Below, one piece after another: positions 45,102 to 54,468 of a stretch of DNA of 64,000 nucleotides. The notes under the pieces were generated by a model. That model worked only from the letters and a program-made list of their open reading frames with translations. It had not been told where the DNA came from and ran no database searches. Made by a program: the position numbers and the translations under genes. Source of the stretch: a virus. Lineage: Duplodnaviria > Caudoviricetes. Position 1 is the first letter of the stretch. Every line of letters starts with the position of its first letter. The stretch lies in the IMG/VR virus record IMGVR_UViG_3300015606_001334, positions 64,001-128,000 of that record. The stretch is one strand, 5' to 3'.

Positions 45102-45638
45102 TTGTATATGAGCATCTTTTATAACGTCAAATTTTTTACGTCAGAGAACCTAAAGCACATAGCCTGCTTATTCGTTATCTTTGCTCTTACGTTTCTAGCC
45201 ATAGGTGGCTACATCCTTTTCTTTACTCATGGTGTAGATCTATCAACATTTTGGTTTACCGTAAAGAACGTTCCTATCATTTTTGGAACCTTAACTTATG
45301 TGGTACTAGGGATAAGCCTAAGTTACTTAACACATAAGAGTCTCGCAAAAATTATTTGCTTTACTGCAGTGGTCACAGACCAACAGAACTCAAGATTGAT
45401 AACCCACCTGTTGACGAACCTATTCCTACTAAATGTGATGGCGTCTACCATGATTGGTGGATATATCGTTCTCTACTTTGCTGGTTTTTCGGTAGTGACC
45501 GACCATGTTCTGAACCTTCTTCTTTCCTCACTGATTGCCCCCATAACTTTTACAATGCGAATCTTTGAGGGTTGCATTGACAAGTTAGTCCACTTAGAAA
45601 TCAGCGTGGAGAATAATTGCTTCCGCTTTGTGAAATAG
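45102..45638 (+). CDS. late multi-pass membrane protein (holin-like candidate)
   Basis: 4-5 hydrophobic helices; AATAAATA at 45054-45061. Confidence 0.5.
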   Translation: MYMSIFYNVKFFTSENLKHIACLFVIFALTFLAIGGYILFFTHGVDLSTFWFTVKNVPIIFGTLTYVVLGISLSYLTHKSLAKIICFTAVVTDQQNSRLITHLLTNLFLLNVMASTMIGGYIVLYFAGFSVVTDHVLNLLLSSLIAPITFTMRIFEGCIDKLVHLEISVENNCFRFVK

Positions 45639-45640
45639 CC

Positions 45641-46216
45641 ATGAAATCATTTATCTCATCTGACAGAAACATTTACTATGAAGCACCAGATCGCCTTGGA
45701 CCAACAGACATCGAGGTACCAAAAAGGCCAGGTCCTGATTTCACCTTCATTAACGGTACATGGATTGACACACACGCTCATCTAAACCATAACTTCGGCG
45801 TTATGCCTAACACTGCGTCAAATCAAACTAATTTGAGCGATTTGGTAAACGTGATCAAACAGCTCCAGACAATCAATAATTCGGCAGCAAACTCTACAGA
45901 TCAGTCCGTAATCCCAAAGAAGGAAAGTCCAATCAGTAACTTCATGGGCGATAAGTTCACATGGAAAGATTTGATCACCATTCTCTATTTTGCTGGTGGT
46001 ATCGTTGGATTGTGGATGCACATGAATGAGCGCATCATCGTTCTTGAGCAGAAGGTCGTGTCAATCGAGAAGGGCAGTGTAGAGCTTCAAAACACTTTCA
46101 AAGAGTTCACCGTTAAGAATGAAAACCAGCTAAAGATTATCGATTCGAAGATTAGTGATCTTCAACAGATGGTCATTACTCGCATTTCTTCTTCACCAAG
46201 TAACGGAAAGCACTAA
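45641..46216 (+). CDS. membrane-anchored coiled-coil protein
   Basis: single TM followed by heptad repeats; start MKSFIS. Confidence 0.55.
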   Translation: MKSFISSDRNIYYEAPDRLGPTDIEVPKRPGPDFTFINGTWIDTHAHLNHNFGVMPNTASNQTNLSDLVNVIKQLQTINNSAANSTDQSVIPKKESPISNFMGDKFTWKDLITILYFAGGIVGLWMHMNERIIVLEQKVVSIEKGSVELQNTFKEFTVKNENQLKIIDSKISDLQQMVITRISSSPSNGKH

Positions 46217-46231
46217 CAATACGGCTTCGTG

Positions 46232-46657
46232 TTATTGGATTAGGATAGTTCTAATTCCGAAGCCGGTATTGATCTTAAAATACCCGTGGTAGTACCCAAT
46301 TGAGAACGGAATATTTGATACCTTAATCAAAACTTCGTTTTCGGATTCAGCAAACACTGGAGAAGCAGATCCGTCAAGAATTGCAGTCTTTACTTTCTCG
46401 TAGTAAGATGTCGCACCGAGATGTAGTTCCTCGTTGGCAAGCTTCTTAAAGAGCATTGAGTTTGCGGGAGGTAAGACGACAACTATCTTATTACCGCTCT
46501 TTTCCCAGAACTTTCGGTAAAACAAGAAAATTTTAATTACTTCGTCTCTTGCAAGTTGTGTTTCTACGACTGTATCGTTTACAACCATTTCCGGCTGTGC
46601 AGTTCCGGAAAAGCCTAGCAAGAATAGGCTTAATAGAAAGATGAAGATTTGTTTCAT
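46232..46657 (-). CDS. secreted periplasmic-binding-like protein fragment
   Basis: signal peptide; IFL..K.W..G..I.VV; IGY. Confidence 0.45.
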   Translation of the reverse strand: MKQIFIFLLSLFLLGFSGTAQPEMVVNDTVVETQLARDEVIKIFLFYRKFWEKSGNKIVVVLPPANSMLFKKLANEELHLGATSYYEKVKTAILDGSASPVFAESENEVLIKVSNIPFSIGYYHGYFKINTGFGIRTILIQ

Positions 46658-46704
46658 ATCAGGTTTCCTCATGGTAATATTTATCCCAATGAGTGACCTG
46701 TGAG

Positions 46705-47007
46705 TCAAAAAGTGAAGAACTTCTTCTCTATTTTTAACTCATTTATCAGCTTGACTAGTATGTCACCATGACATTTCTTAGGTTTGCACCAACAACCTAG
46801 CACCTTTCCTTCTAGGCTAGGTAAGAGCTCAAGCAGATCTGGACGAGAACGAATATAGTCCTCGTACTTTTTGATAACCTCATCACGTGTACCGTCTACT
46901 CCAATCTTGAATGGATTAGCAAAGGGAGAACCAACCTTTCCGGGCATGGTTCTCCCTATGTAGACGTCGTAATTTGCTTTTGAGCAGTTAACAACTCGTG
47001 TTTGCAA
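46705..47007 (-). CDS. DUF4326 family protein
   Basis: VYIGR..S.FANPF..G.DG.R.EVI..Y, L.GK.LGCWC.P..CHGD. Confidence 0.85.
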   Translation of the reverse strand: MQTRVVNCSKANYDVYIGRTMPGKVGSPFANPFKIGVDGTRDEVIKKYEDYIRSRPDLLELLPSLEGKVLGCWCKPKKCHGDILVKLINELKIEKKFFTF

Positions 47008-47165
47008 GGTCTTCCCAATAGCCAGATTCTTCTAGATACTTGCCCATCTCCTCAGCGCTACAAATACGATCCCATTGACCTTCTGAGTAGGCAAAGACAT
47101 CTGCGCCGTATCGATGGAGAGTTCCTTCTGCAGGGGTTATTGGGAATAGCCCAGGATCGAAGGTG

Positions 47166-47363
47166 TTAGAAAATGTTGAAAATATCGTCGACAAGGTCTG
47201 ATACTCCTGTTTCTTCGAAAATTGAGCCAGCAACATTAGCAACTACGGCTCCAGCACCAATAGCCAATACTGCAGCTAGAATAGAAGGACCAAACTTTGC
47301 GCGAATGATTTCTTCGGTGATCGAACCAGCAGCTAGCTCCGCTGCCAACTTACCAATGTTCAT
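47166..47363 (-). CDS. small hydrophobic protein
   Basis: AAGGA SD, coupled ORF. Confidence 0.55.
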   Translation of the reverse strand: MNIGKLAAELAAGSITEEIIRAKFGPSILAAVLAIGAGAVVANVAGSIFEETGVSDLVDDIFNIF

Positions 47364-47365
47364 TG

Positions 47366-47791
47366 TTATTCCTTCGCCAGCTGAGAAGCCAATTTGCCGT
47401 CGAGACCAGCACCAAACTTGTCTTTCAGCCCCTTCATGATGGCACCGATATTGGCTGCTCCAGCTGCCTTAAGAGCAGCAACTTCAGCACGAATTTCTTC
47501 AGTAGAAGCCATCTTCGGTAGGTAGCCTTCAAGGATAGACTTTTCGGTATTCGCGGTAGTCAGGGCTTCAGCGTTATTCGCCTTTTCCAGGAACGAAATG
47601 GTTTCATTCACACCCTTCAGGAATTTCTGAACTACTTGGATCGTTTCTTCTTCAGTTGTTTCACGACCCGCGTTCTTGCCCTTCATCGAAGCTTCAGAGA
47701 ACAAGGTAGTTAGCAGAGAAGCTTTCAACGCTTCCTTGTTCTTACGAGCTTCGAATTGATCTTTTTTGATTTGCTCTAGCGTAGACATCAT
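47366..47791 (-). CDS. YqeY/GatB C-terminal-like protein
   Basis: L.QIK.D...ARK, E..IL..YLP, IG.IMK.LK...DGK. Confidence 0.8.
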   Translation of the reverse strand: MMSTLEQIKKDQFEARKNKEALKASLLTTLFSEASMKGKNAGRETTEEETIQVVQKFLKGVNETISFLEKANNAEALTTANTEKSILEGYLPKMASTEEIRAEVAALKAAGAANIGAIMKGLKDKFGAGLDGKLASQLAKE

Positions 47792-47797
47792 TGTTCC

Positions 47798-48259
47798 TTA
47801 TGAGGTAAATTTGATTTTTTCTGAGGTGCCTTTTAGGAAGACATCAACTTCGAATTCGACACCATTTGAATCAAAGTATGTCACGGTGACTTCTTCAGGA
47901 CGGGCCTGATATTGATGATCAGTCGTGATATCGCCTTCCCAGAGGAAGTCTTCTTCGCACCGTTGAATTGCATCGTCGTCGAGACCAGCTGCGTGAAGAA
48001 CATCCTTCTTGCCACGACGGTCCATACAGAAATCGCAGCCTGCATTCCATTCCAGATCGAAGAATGCCTTCAAGTAGGTGAGAACTTCTTCAATAGACGG
48101 CTCATACTCCTCGCGTACACCGCCAACAGGAAAGTCAGCCTTCTTGACGGTTTCGCCATCTGCGTCACCATGCATGAACTTCACTTTTACGCGATACGTA
48201 TCTTTCGGATTCGTATTTTTCTTCGCGGCTTTTACAACAACTAGGTCAAATTCTGACAT
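47798..48259 (-). CDS. hypothetical protein
   Basis: 153 aa, MHGDAD motif. Confidence 0.65.
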   Translation of the reverse strand: MSEFDLVVVKAAKKNTNPKDTYRVKVKFMHGDADGETVKKADFPVGGVREEYEPSIEEVLTYLKAFFDLEWNAGCDFCMDRRGKKDVLHAAGLDDDAIQRCEEDFLWEGDITTDHQYQARPEEVTVTYFDSNGVEFEVDVFLKGTSEKIKFTS

Positions 48260-48528
48260 TCTTTTCTCCGATAATACATGATTAAGCTAAGGTAAAAGGT
48301 GTTGGCGATAAGGACACAGATTCCTGCGTACCAACTGAAATTTTGACCGAGATGGCTATAGTAGAACATATTGAACACGCCCCAAAGAGAGAAGAAGGCG
48401 ATGGACAACATGCTAACTCCTCTCACCAGCTTGTGCTGATAGAGAACTCTTGCGTGGTTCAAAACAAAGACTGACCCGCCTGCCTCAAAGAAGGCGTTGG
48501 CCATATCCATCAGTTGGACGTTATCCAT
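48241..48528 (-). CDS. PQ-loop/SemiSWEET-like three-helix membrane protein
   Basis: K.V.GVS...F...WG..N..YY. Confidence 0.6.
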   Translation of the reverse strand: MDNVQLMDMANAFFEAGGSVFVLNHARVLYQHKLVRGVSMLSIAFFSLWGVFNMFYYSHLGQNFSWYAGICVLIANTFYLSLIMYYRRKECQNLT

Positions 48529-48531
48529 GAA

Positions 48532-48984
48532 TTACCACTTTTGGACTGGAACGGTAGAGATCGAATTCTTCGGGCTACCATCGAGCAACTTGTCGCTGTA
48601 GACGAGATAGATCAGCACATTGCGCTTCTTGTCGAAGAACCGGACGACATGCATTGTCTTAAACAAGAGGGACATTTTGACTTCGAAAACCGATTCGCCA
48701 TCAGTCAAAGACTGAGGGAAAGAGATTGGACCGATCTGACGGCACGCGATCGAAGCTTCGGTCTTGTCGGAAGCTAGACCAATATCGGCCTTGACACCAC
48801 CTTTTACTGCGCGAGAAAGGTGGCAAGTAACTCCAGGAACTTTTGGATCGTCAAATGCTTCAATGACGATACGGTCATTTGAGCCAAGTAGATTGGTGCT
48901 GGTATTTGCTGCACCAATTTGTTCAGCGAACGCCGAAGCGGAGACAGTCAGAGCCAAAGCTGCGGCAAGAATCGATTTTTTCAT
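48532..48984 (-). CDS. creA: CreA family protein
   Basis: EAFDDPKV.GVTC..SRA..GG, SIACRQ.GPI, SLLFK...VR..D. Confidence 0.92.
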   Translation of the reverse strand: MKKSILAAALALTVSASAFAEQIGAANTSTNLLGSNDRIVIEAFDDPKVPGVTCHLSRAVKGGVKADIGLASDKTEASIACRQIGPISFPQSLTDGESVFEVKMSLLFKTMHVVRFFDKKRNVLIYLVYSDKLLDGSPKNSISTVPVQKW

Positions 48985-49006
48985 GTGATTATCCTTAAAA
49001 CAAATT

Positions 49007-49030
49007 AAGGAGGAGGTTTCCCTCCTCCTT
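49007..49030 (-). terminator. intrinsic terminator
   Basis: AAGGAGGAGG/CCTCCTCCTT. Confidence 0.7.
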
Positions 49031-49051
49031 TGCTACCTTGATCTTGGCTGT

Positions 49052-49396
49052 TTAGACCTTGGCGGCCAGTTCCGGCTTGGCCATCAGCTTTTCCATCGTA
49101 ACGAAGGCGCCCTTCTCATTGCGGAACAGGGTGTCCTTGTCGGTGGCGCTGAGCAGATGAACGTTCATGTGCTTACCAGCCATGTTTTGGGTCTGACGGA
49201 CGAAGGTATGAAGCAGCCAGTGGAAGCGCTTTTCGTCGGTGCGACGCTTGTTCGGACGGACGGTCAGCTGTTCGACAGCTTCGACCTTGAACTTCTTGAT
49301 GTTCGGTACCACGACGAAAACTTCCTTGCCGTTGACCAGAACCTTGTTAACCATGTTTTGCATCAGAGCGACGGTGTTTTGAGTTTGAGCAGTCAT
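49052..49396 (-). CDS. early hypothetical protein
   Basis: TAAGGAG SD, early promoter, strongly biased codons. Confidence 0.7.
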   Translation of the reverse strand: MTAQTQNTVALMQNMVNKVLVNGKEVFVVVPNIKKFKVEAVEQLTVRPNKRRTDEKRFHWLLHTFVRQTQNMAGKHMNVHLLSATDKDTLFRNEKGAFVTMEKLMAKPELAAKV

Positions 49397-49533
49397 TTTG
49401 AATCTCCTTAGTCATCGAATTGGTTGGTTAATTTCTAGTTGCCGCTGTTATTAACTGCTGCAACTTGAATTGAATTATATACTCGTAACCGAAGAAGTAA
49501 ACTGTTTGGGTGAAAAAATTTTGATTATTTTTC

Positions 49534-49818
49534 TCACCACCTCCGAAGTACGGCCCCGCACTCTTGGCAGACTTCTTCTTTCCATTCTTCTCGTTTGTGG
49601 TAGTCGAAGTCATCCTTGATCTTAGTGACAGGGTGAGTGCAACACTTCTGGAATTCAGTGCTGAGCGTTCGTACCTTCTCTCGCATGGTCTGCATCAGAA
49701 CATTATGAAGCTCTTCAGCATGGTTCATCATCATTCTAGCTCTTTCAAGAGCTGCTTTAATTTCAATCGCTTTTTCGGATTGGTCCACTGGCAGTGTTAG
49801 TTCTAGTTGTTCAGCCAT
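49534..49818 (-). CDS. hypothetical protein
   Basis: probable start MAEQLE; C.H...CQECG. Confidence 0.55.
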   Translation of the reverse strand: MAEQLELTLPVDQSEKAIEIKAALERARMMMNHAEELHNVLMQTMREKVRTLSTEFQKCCTHPVTKIKDDFDYHKREEWKEEVCQECGAVLRRW

Positions 49819-49819
49819 T

Positions 49820-50299
49820 TCAGGTAAATCTTTCCCACTTATGTAAATGATCAATATGGATAAGCTCGATAAAGTTGCCAGTGTCACGCCGTAGAATGAC
49901 TTCGTTTTGAACTGAATCGTCTATAAGAAAACAGTTCTTATCTGGATACATTACACGACAAAAATCCTGGAAAGCACGAGCCTTTCCCCAAACTGCAATA
50001 AAATCAGTCAGTTCCCAGTATGTTCCGGTCTTCCAAAAGATTTCATCCATTACTTCTTTCATCGTAGGGAAAGTTTCGATTTCTATCTCAAACATCCGTT
50101 CAAGCCAAGGCTTAAAGTTCGGTTGAGCGAAGATCTTCTTCTCTCTGTCATCCCACATGGCAGCCGAGAAGATATGAACCTTCTTGACACCAATATTCTG
50201 AAAATGGCTCTTGACAACCTCGAGATTCATTATGATCGGATTGGTAAAATCCGTAATGATGGTCTCTTCTAAGTCAAGGAACCAAATGTCCTCAGCCAT
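49820..50299 (-). CDS. HAD-like protein
   Basis: FLDLEETII, FS, K, LIDD. Confidence 0.55.
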   Translation of the reverse strand: MAEDIWFLDLEETIITDFTNPIIMNLEVVKSHFQNIGVKKVHIFSAAMWDDREKKIFAQPNFKPWLERMFEIEIETFPTMKEVMDEIFWKTGTYWELTDFIAVWGKARAFQDFCRVMYPDKNCFLIDDSVQNEVILRRDTGNFIELIHIDHLHKWERFT

Positions 50300-50443
50300 A
50301 CTATCTCCAAAACTTGTGATTTTGGATAGCCTTCTTAGCTACCTCTTCCATTATGGAAGTCTTTTTGGGCCCGCACTGGTGGTAGATGAAGGCACCTTCA
50401 CCAAATCGTTTGCCACAATCAGGGCAAAGCTTACCAAATCCAT

Positions 50444-50821
50444 TTACTGGGTCGTAGCAGTCGGACAGTTCAAATTGATGGTCGGAACCGTCACTCCCAT
50501 CGGCCCGAATATTTTGTTCATACATTCTTTGTTTTCTCTTTTAAATGCTTCGAAGTCGAATGATACTTCGAGATTGACTGTAGGATCAGTCAACAGTTCC
50601 ATTTTGCTGATACGTTTCTTGGTCCAATCCATCTTTTCGACAGTATCATAATGGACCCATGCGCCCTTGTTGAGCTTCAGCCGATACTTGATGAACCACT
50701 TCTGCTTACGACTTCCATAACGAAGTTTCTTCAGAAGCTTGACGATCTCTGATTGCTTGATGACCAAAGGCGACCAAGCATACAAGGAACAAACGTCCAT
50801 ATCCTCAAAATACACGCTCAT
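50444..50821 (-). CDS. hypothetical protein
   Basis: probable start MSVYF. Confidence 0.5.
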   Translation of the reverse strand: MSVYFEDMDVCSLYAWSPLVIKQSEIVKLLKKLRYGSRKQKWFIKYRLKLNKGAWVHYDTVEKMDWTKKRISKMELLTDPTVNLEVSFDFEAFKRENKECMNKIFGPMGVTVPTINLNCPTATTQ

Positions 50822-51060
50822 TTTAACACCATCTTCCGCCGGTTGCCTCAACATAATCAACTACCTGATAAAACCCGGTAATGAGATTTCTCAATAGTGG
50901 ATTATTTGGGTAAATCCAAAATCCCAAAGCTTGGTTCGGATTCATTTTGCCCTTCGACATCTTCATAAGAAGAGCCACATCAGATTCTATCTGGAACGGT
51001 ATGTGTTGCCATTCCAGATATTCCTTAATCAAATTTTGTTCTTTGGTCATTCGATACAAA

Positions 51061-51273
51061 TTACCACTTAATGGTATATTGATTGTAGCTGCGATTCTTA
51101 TCGTGAGAATTGTCAGATACTTGGAAACCATTTTCACGGAGAGTTTCTACCGTTAGGTTATTAAGATTGCTACCAAAAATGTGACGACGCCCTTGATTGG
51201 CTGAGTTCACAATATCTTGGTTGATTTTCTTGAGTTCGGCAGTTGCAGCAGCTTGAGCAGCGGTAATCATCAT
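51061..51273 (-). CDS. hypothetical protein
   Basis: TAAGGAG SD. Confidence 0.6.
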   Translation of the reverse strand: MMITAAQAAATAELKKINQDIVNSANQGRRHIFGSNLNNLTVETLRENGFQVSDNSHDKNRSYNQYTIKW

Positions 51274-51288
51274 AATCTCCTTATTAAG

Positions 51289-52407
51289 TTAGGATACTGC
51301 GAAAACTTCTTCCATCTTTTGTTCAGAAGGGGTGGACAACTTCTTACCATCTGGCAGGATCACGTTGTGGAAGGTGGTAGGATAACGGTAGAACCACTTA
51401 CCATGCTTCGAAACTGAGCTAACCACAGAAGAGGTAGCGGTGAAGCGAGAGCCATCCTTGAACTCGAAGTGAAGGTCACATTCAACCTTACCTTGACCAA
51501 GACGTACGTTGTCGAGCTTGACGCCCTTCATGTTGTTCTTCTTGTATATCACATAAGCGATCTTGCCAGTATTCTTGTAGATGAAGCCGTCAATCAGCTG
51601 GTCAGCAGCATCCTGAGCCATCTTCTTGATGAAGTCCTTCCAATCCTTGGTCAGCTTCATGTCAGCATCGACCATACGGGAGAACAGGAAGGAAAGCATT
51701 GGGTGATCGGCAAAATGATCGTAAGCTTTCATGCGCTTGATACCAGGATTTGCTTCAAGGTACGAAACGATTTGGTCGGCCATCTTGGTAAGGAACTTGT
51801 GTTCGTTACCGAAGATTTCTTCACGCTTGTCCTTAGTCAGATCGGTCAGGATCTCGATAACCTTCTTGACGTCCTTATGGCCAACGTACTTCTTCATCCA
51901 AGCATCAGATTCTTCCTTCTTGGCATCAGCAGCTTCTTTCTTGCGAGCTGCTGCAGAAACCTTGTTGTCCTTCAGCCATTGCATGAGGCCAACGATAGGA
52001 GAGAAGTCTTCGTTGAACTTGACCATTTCAGAATAACCAGCAAACTCCTTTGCTGTAGGAGAAGCCTTGGAAAGTTTCTTTCCGTAGAACTTGAGTTCTT
52101 GAACACCATGGACGTAACCAATATCCCAGTAGACTTCATCAGGAGTCTTACCAGCTTGACCATGGAAATACTTCTTTGCGACGAGTTCTTCGAACGCCTT
52201 GTCAACGAAGACGTTCATTTCATACTTGATGTCTTCGAAAGCTGTGGAGATAACTTCACCGTTACGCAGAGCATTCTCGATCTTCGGGACAATTTCCTGA
52301 AGTTGCTTCATGCGACGGTAACCAAAGGATTCAGCAAGTTTGATCAACTTTTCAGTATCAAACTTAGGAGCTTCAGCACTTTCTTTCAGCAGGTCTTGAA
52401 CTTTCAT
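51289..52407 (-). CDS. hypothetical protein, probable internal head protein
   Basis: AGGAG SD, MKVQDLLKESAE N-terminus, highly biased codons. Confidence 0.65.
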   Translation of the reverse strand: MKVQDLLKESAEAPKFDTEKLIKLAESFGYRRMKQLQEIVPKIENALRNGEVISTAFEDIKYEMNVFVDKAFEELVAKKYFHGQAGKTPDEVYWDIGYVHGVQELKFYGKKLSKASPTAKEFAGYSEMVKFNEDFSPIVGLMQWLKDNKVSAAARKKEAADAKKEESDAWMKKYVGHKDVKKVIEILTDLTKDKREEIFGNEHKFLTKMADQIVSYLEANPGIKRMKAYDHFADHPMLSFLFSRMVDADMKLTKDWKDFIKKMAQDAADQLIDGFIYKNTGKIAYVIYKKNNMKGVKLDNVRLGQGKVECDLHFEFKDGSRFTATSSVVSSVSKHGKWFYRYPTTFHNVILPDGKKLSTPSEQKMEEVFAVS

Positions 52408-52433
52408 CGAGTATCTCCTATCCGTTATGAGTA

Positions 52434-53099
52434 TTATAACTCAATTTTCTTTCCATTGACATAGATTTCTTTAACAAATTTCACCTTCTCAGCGGACTTA
52501 GGAGGTTTACGACGTTCGTCTTCTGGAATGATACCATCTTCTTTTAGTGACTTGAGCATCTCATCGGAGATATGACGAGCTCTCAAACCGTCACGTAGGA
52601 AGAAATGCACTGGGAATTTGGAAGATGCATGAAGACCCATTTCGCCTTCATTCATGAAGCTCAATAGCGCAAGCATTCGTGCTCGGCCTTCATGACCCAT
52701 AACGGTTGCATAACCACCTTCACCAATATCTGAAAGAGTGATGTCGATGAATGGAGCACCAATTGGATAACCTTCTGCGATAACCTTCTTAAAATCGGAT
52801 GCGGATTCTTCTCGCTGACCATTATGATTTGCAGCCAAGGTTAGGAACTCTTTTGGTGATAGGAAGCTGACGAAGCCTTTGTAATCGACGTTCTGGTTGT
52901 CTGGAACTGCTCCCATACCATGAGCATTGTCGAAATAAATGTTGCCAACTCGATATTTAGATTCGAAATTTGATGGCGAAGGTTCTTCTAGCTTGTGAAT
53001 ATCCTCGATACTTAAGTTCTTGCCTTCATAGTAAGAAATCAAGTTGCGAAAAGAATCAGAATCTTCTTTAAGGAATGCTTTGAATGTGAGCTTTTTCAT
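52434..53099 (-). CDS. late protein with ParB/Srx-like motif, probable internal head protein
   Basis: MKKLTFKAFLKE; P.I.I....V.GHEGR.R..A; GATAAATA upstream. Confidence 0.55.
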   Translation of the reverse strand: MKKLTFKAFLKEDSDSFRNLISYYEGKNLSIEDIHKLEEPSPSNFESKYRVGNIYFDNAHGMGAVPDNQNVDYKGFVSFLSPKEFLTLAANHNGQREESASDFKKVIAEGYPIGAPFIDITLSDIGEGGYATVMGHEGRARMLALLSFMNEGEMGLHASSKFPVHFFLRDGLRARHISDEMLKSLKEDGIIPEDERRKPPKSAEKVKFVKEIYVNGKKIEL

Positions 53100-53146
53100 G
53101 ATAAGTAGGTAACAAAATTTCCATTACCTATTTATCACAAAATAAA

Positions 53147-53166
53147 GGGATAGCAAAAACTATCCC
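53147..53166 (-). terminator. intrinsic terminator
   Basis: GGGATAG/CTATCCC + TTTATTTT. Confidence 0.7.
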
Positions 53167-53172
53167 CTCTTT

Positions 53173-53664
53173 TTAATTACCGTGTACTGGGCAATCTAAT
53201 GAAATGATCCGACGATCTGTGCCTCTCCAATCGGCATTGTCCATATTTGGGCAAGTACACTTTGGCACTCGATACCATTCATGAAAATTGCGATCTTGGG
53301 GGAAGTGCCAAGCTTTTTGCATCTCAAACTCGATACATTCGACTTCACGCGCATATTCTCGCAGCTTTTCACGATCATCTGTGGCACGCATCAAATCAAA
53401 GTACTTTAACTTTTCAGCATGAAGGAATTTAAGATGCCGAAGCTCAGAAACATCCAATCCCTGCTTAAGAATAAGGGAGGAGTTGAGATGATAAACATCC
53501 TTGCCATTATAGGTGACAAGAGTATCTTCACCTAGAAGCTCAAGGACTTTTTCACTGTCAGTTTTTTGGCGAGCAACTGCAGCATTTCGCTGCGCCGCCA
53601 TGATTGCCATGAAATGGTCCTCTGCAGTTGGCGGAGAATAAGAAGATCCTCTTTTATTTGACAT
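53173..53664 (-). CDS. hypothetical phage protein
   Basis: Q..W.F..D..FH.W...P.C.CP.MDN...CP.HG. Confidence 0.65.
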   Translation of the reverse strand: MSNKRGSSYSPPTAEDHFMAIMAAQRNAAVARQKTDSEKVLELLGEDTLVTYNGKDVYHLNSSLILKQGLDVSELRHLKFLHAEKLKYFDLMRATDDREKLREYAREVECIEFEMQKAWHFPQDRNFHEWYRVPKCTCPNMDNADWRGTDRRIISLDCPVHGN

Positions 53665-54127
53665 CGATTTTTCCTTGTTTAAGTAGTTGACGGACTTTCA
53701 TTAGACGCGAGCAAAACTCTCGCTCAGTTAGAACTGTTTCAGCCTCTTTGCTTCGTCCAATTGAATGAGAAAGCACTGCGTTCTGGGTAGCTAATAGAGC
53801 TTTACGAAATGAATCACTTTGTTCAGCCATAGTGAGGTAAGCGCGATCTAAAAAGTTTTGGTATTCTTCGCCTTTTCGATCCATGGCGATGCCTTGCCAC
53901 CAAAGTTTTTGCACTCGTTGCCAAGCGCCGTTCCGATTTATTCCTCGGAACTTTGCTTCCTTACCCACAAGCTTGCATACTTCAACTTGAATATGGATTT
54001 TGTCAAACTTCAATGATTGAAGTAAACCTTCCATAGAAGCCACGCGCACCCCATCAAGAGTGAAAGGGTGAGGGGCGAAATTCGAAAGCGCTGCTGCTGG
54101 GTATCCACATCCCGATTTGATGTCCAT
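53654..54127 (-). CDS. NADAR-family protein, T4 gp30.3-like
   Basis: MDI.SG...P..ALSNF..H.F.LDG...S.EG.LQ..K, L.WQG, F..AL.AT, T.LTE.EF. Confidence 0.8.
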   Translation of the reverse strand: MDIKSGCGYPAAALSNFAPHPFTLDGVRVASMEGLLQSLKFDKIHIQVEVCKLVGKEAKFRGINRNGAWQRVQKLWWQGIAMDRKGEEYQNFLDRAYLTMAEQSDSFRKALLATQNAVLSHSIGRSKEAETVLTEREFCSRLMKVRQLLKQGKIDVK

Positions 54128-54405
54128 TTTACGGTCTCTTTATTTCGGTGATGCTTGAACTCATTTAAACCCCAAACATCAGTAATAGGAGGCGAACATT
54201 GCGGATGATTGTTTGCCAATTTGATAATGGCCGCGAAAACCTCTGGAGGAAATCCTAATCGATTTCCACGCTCATCAACAATTAGGGTCCTAAGATACTC
54301 TTCACCTTCAGCAGTTCCCCATGATAAGCGTAGACGGATCGCAATACGATCAAACCCGCCAGTTGAAATTATATCAAAAAGATTTTCGAGTTCAGATTTT
54401 TCCAT
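54010..54405 (-). CDS. hypothetical protein
   Basis: I...WG....YL..L..D.RG.R.GFPPEV motif. Confidence 0.55.
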   Translation of the reverse strand: MEKSELENLFDIISTGGFDRIAIRLRLSWGTAEGEEYLRTLIVDERGNRLGFPPEVFAAIIKLANNHPQCSPPITDVWGLNEFKHHRNKETVKWTSNRDVDTQQQRFRISPLTLSLLMGCAWLLWKVYFNH

Positions 54406-54468
54406 TATTTCTAAAGAGGGAGCCGTTTATTGACAGCTCCCTCACCTTTGAGTTGAGTTCAACTCTAT

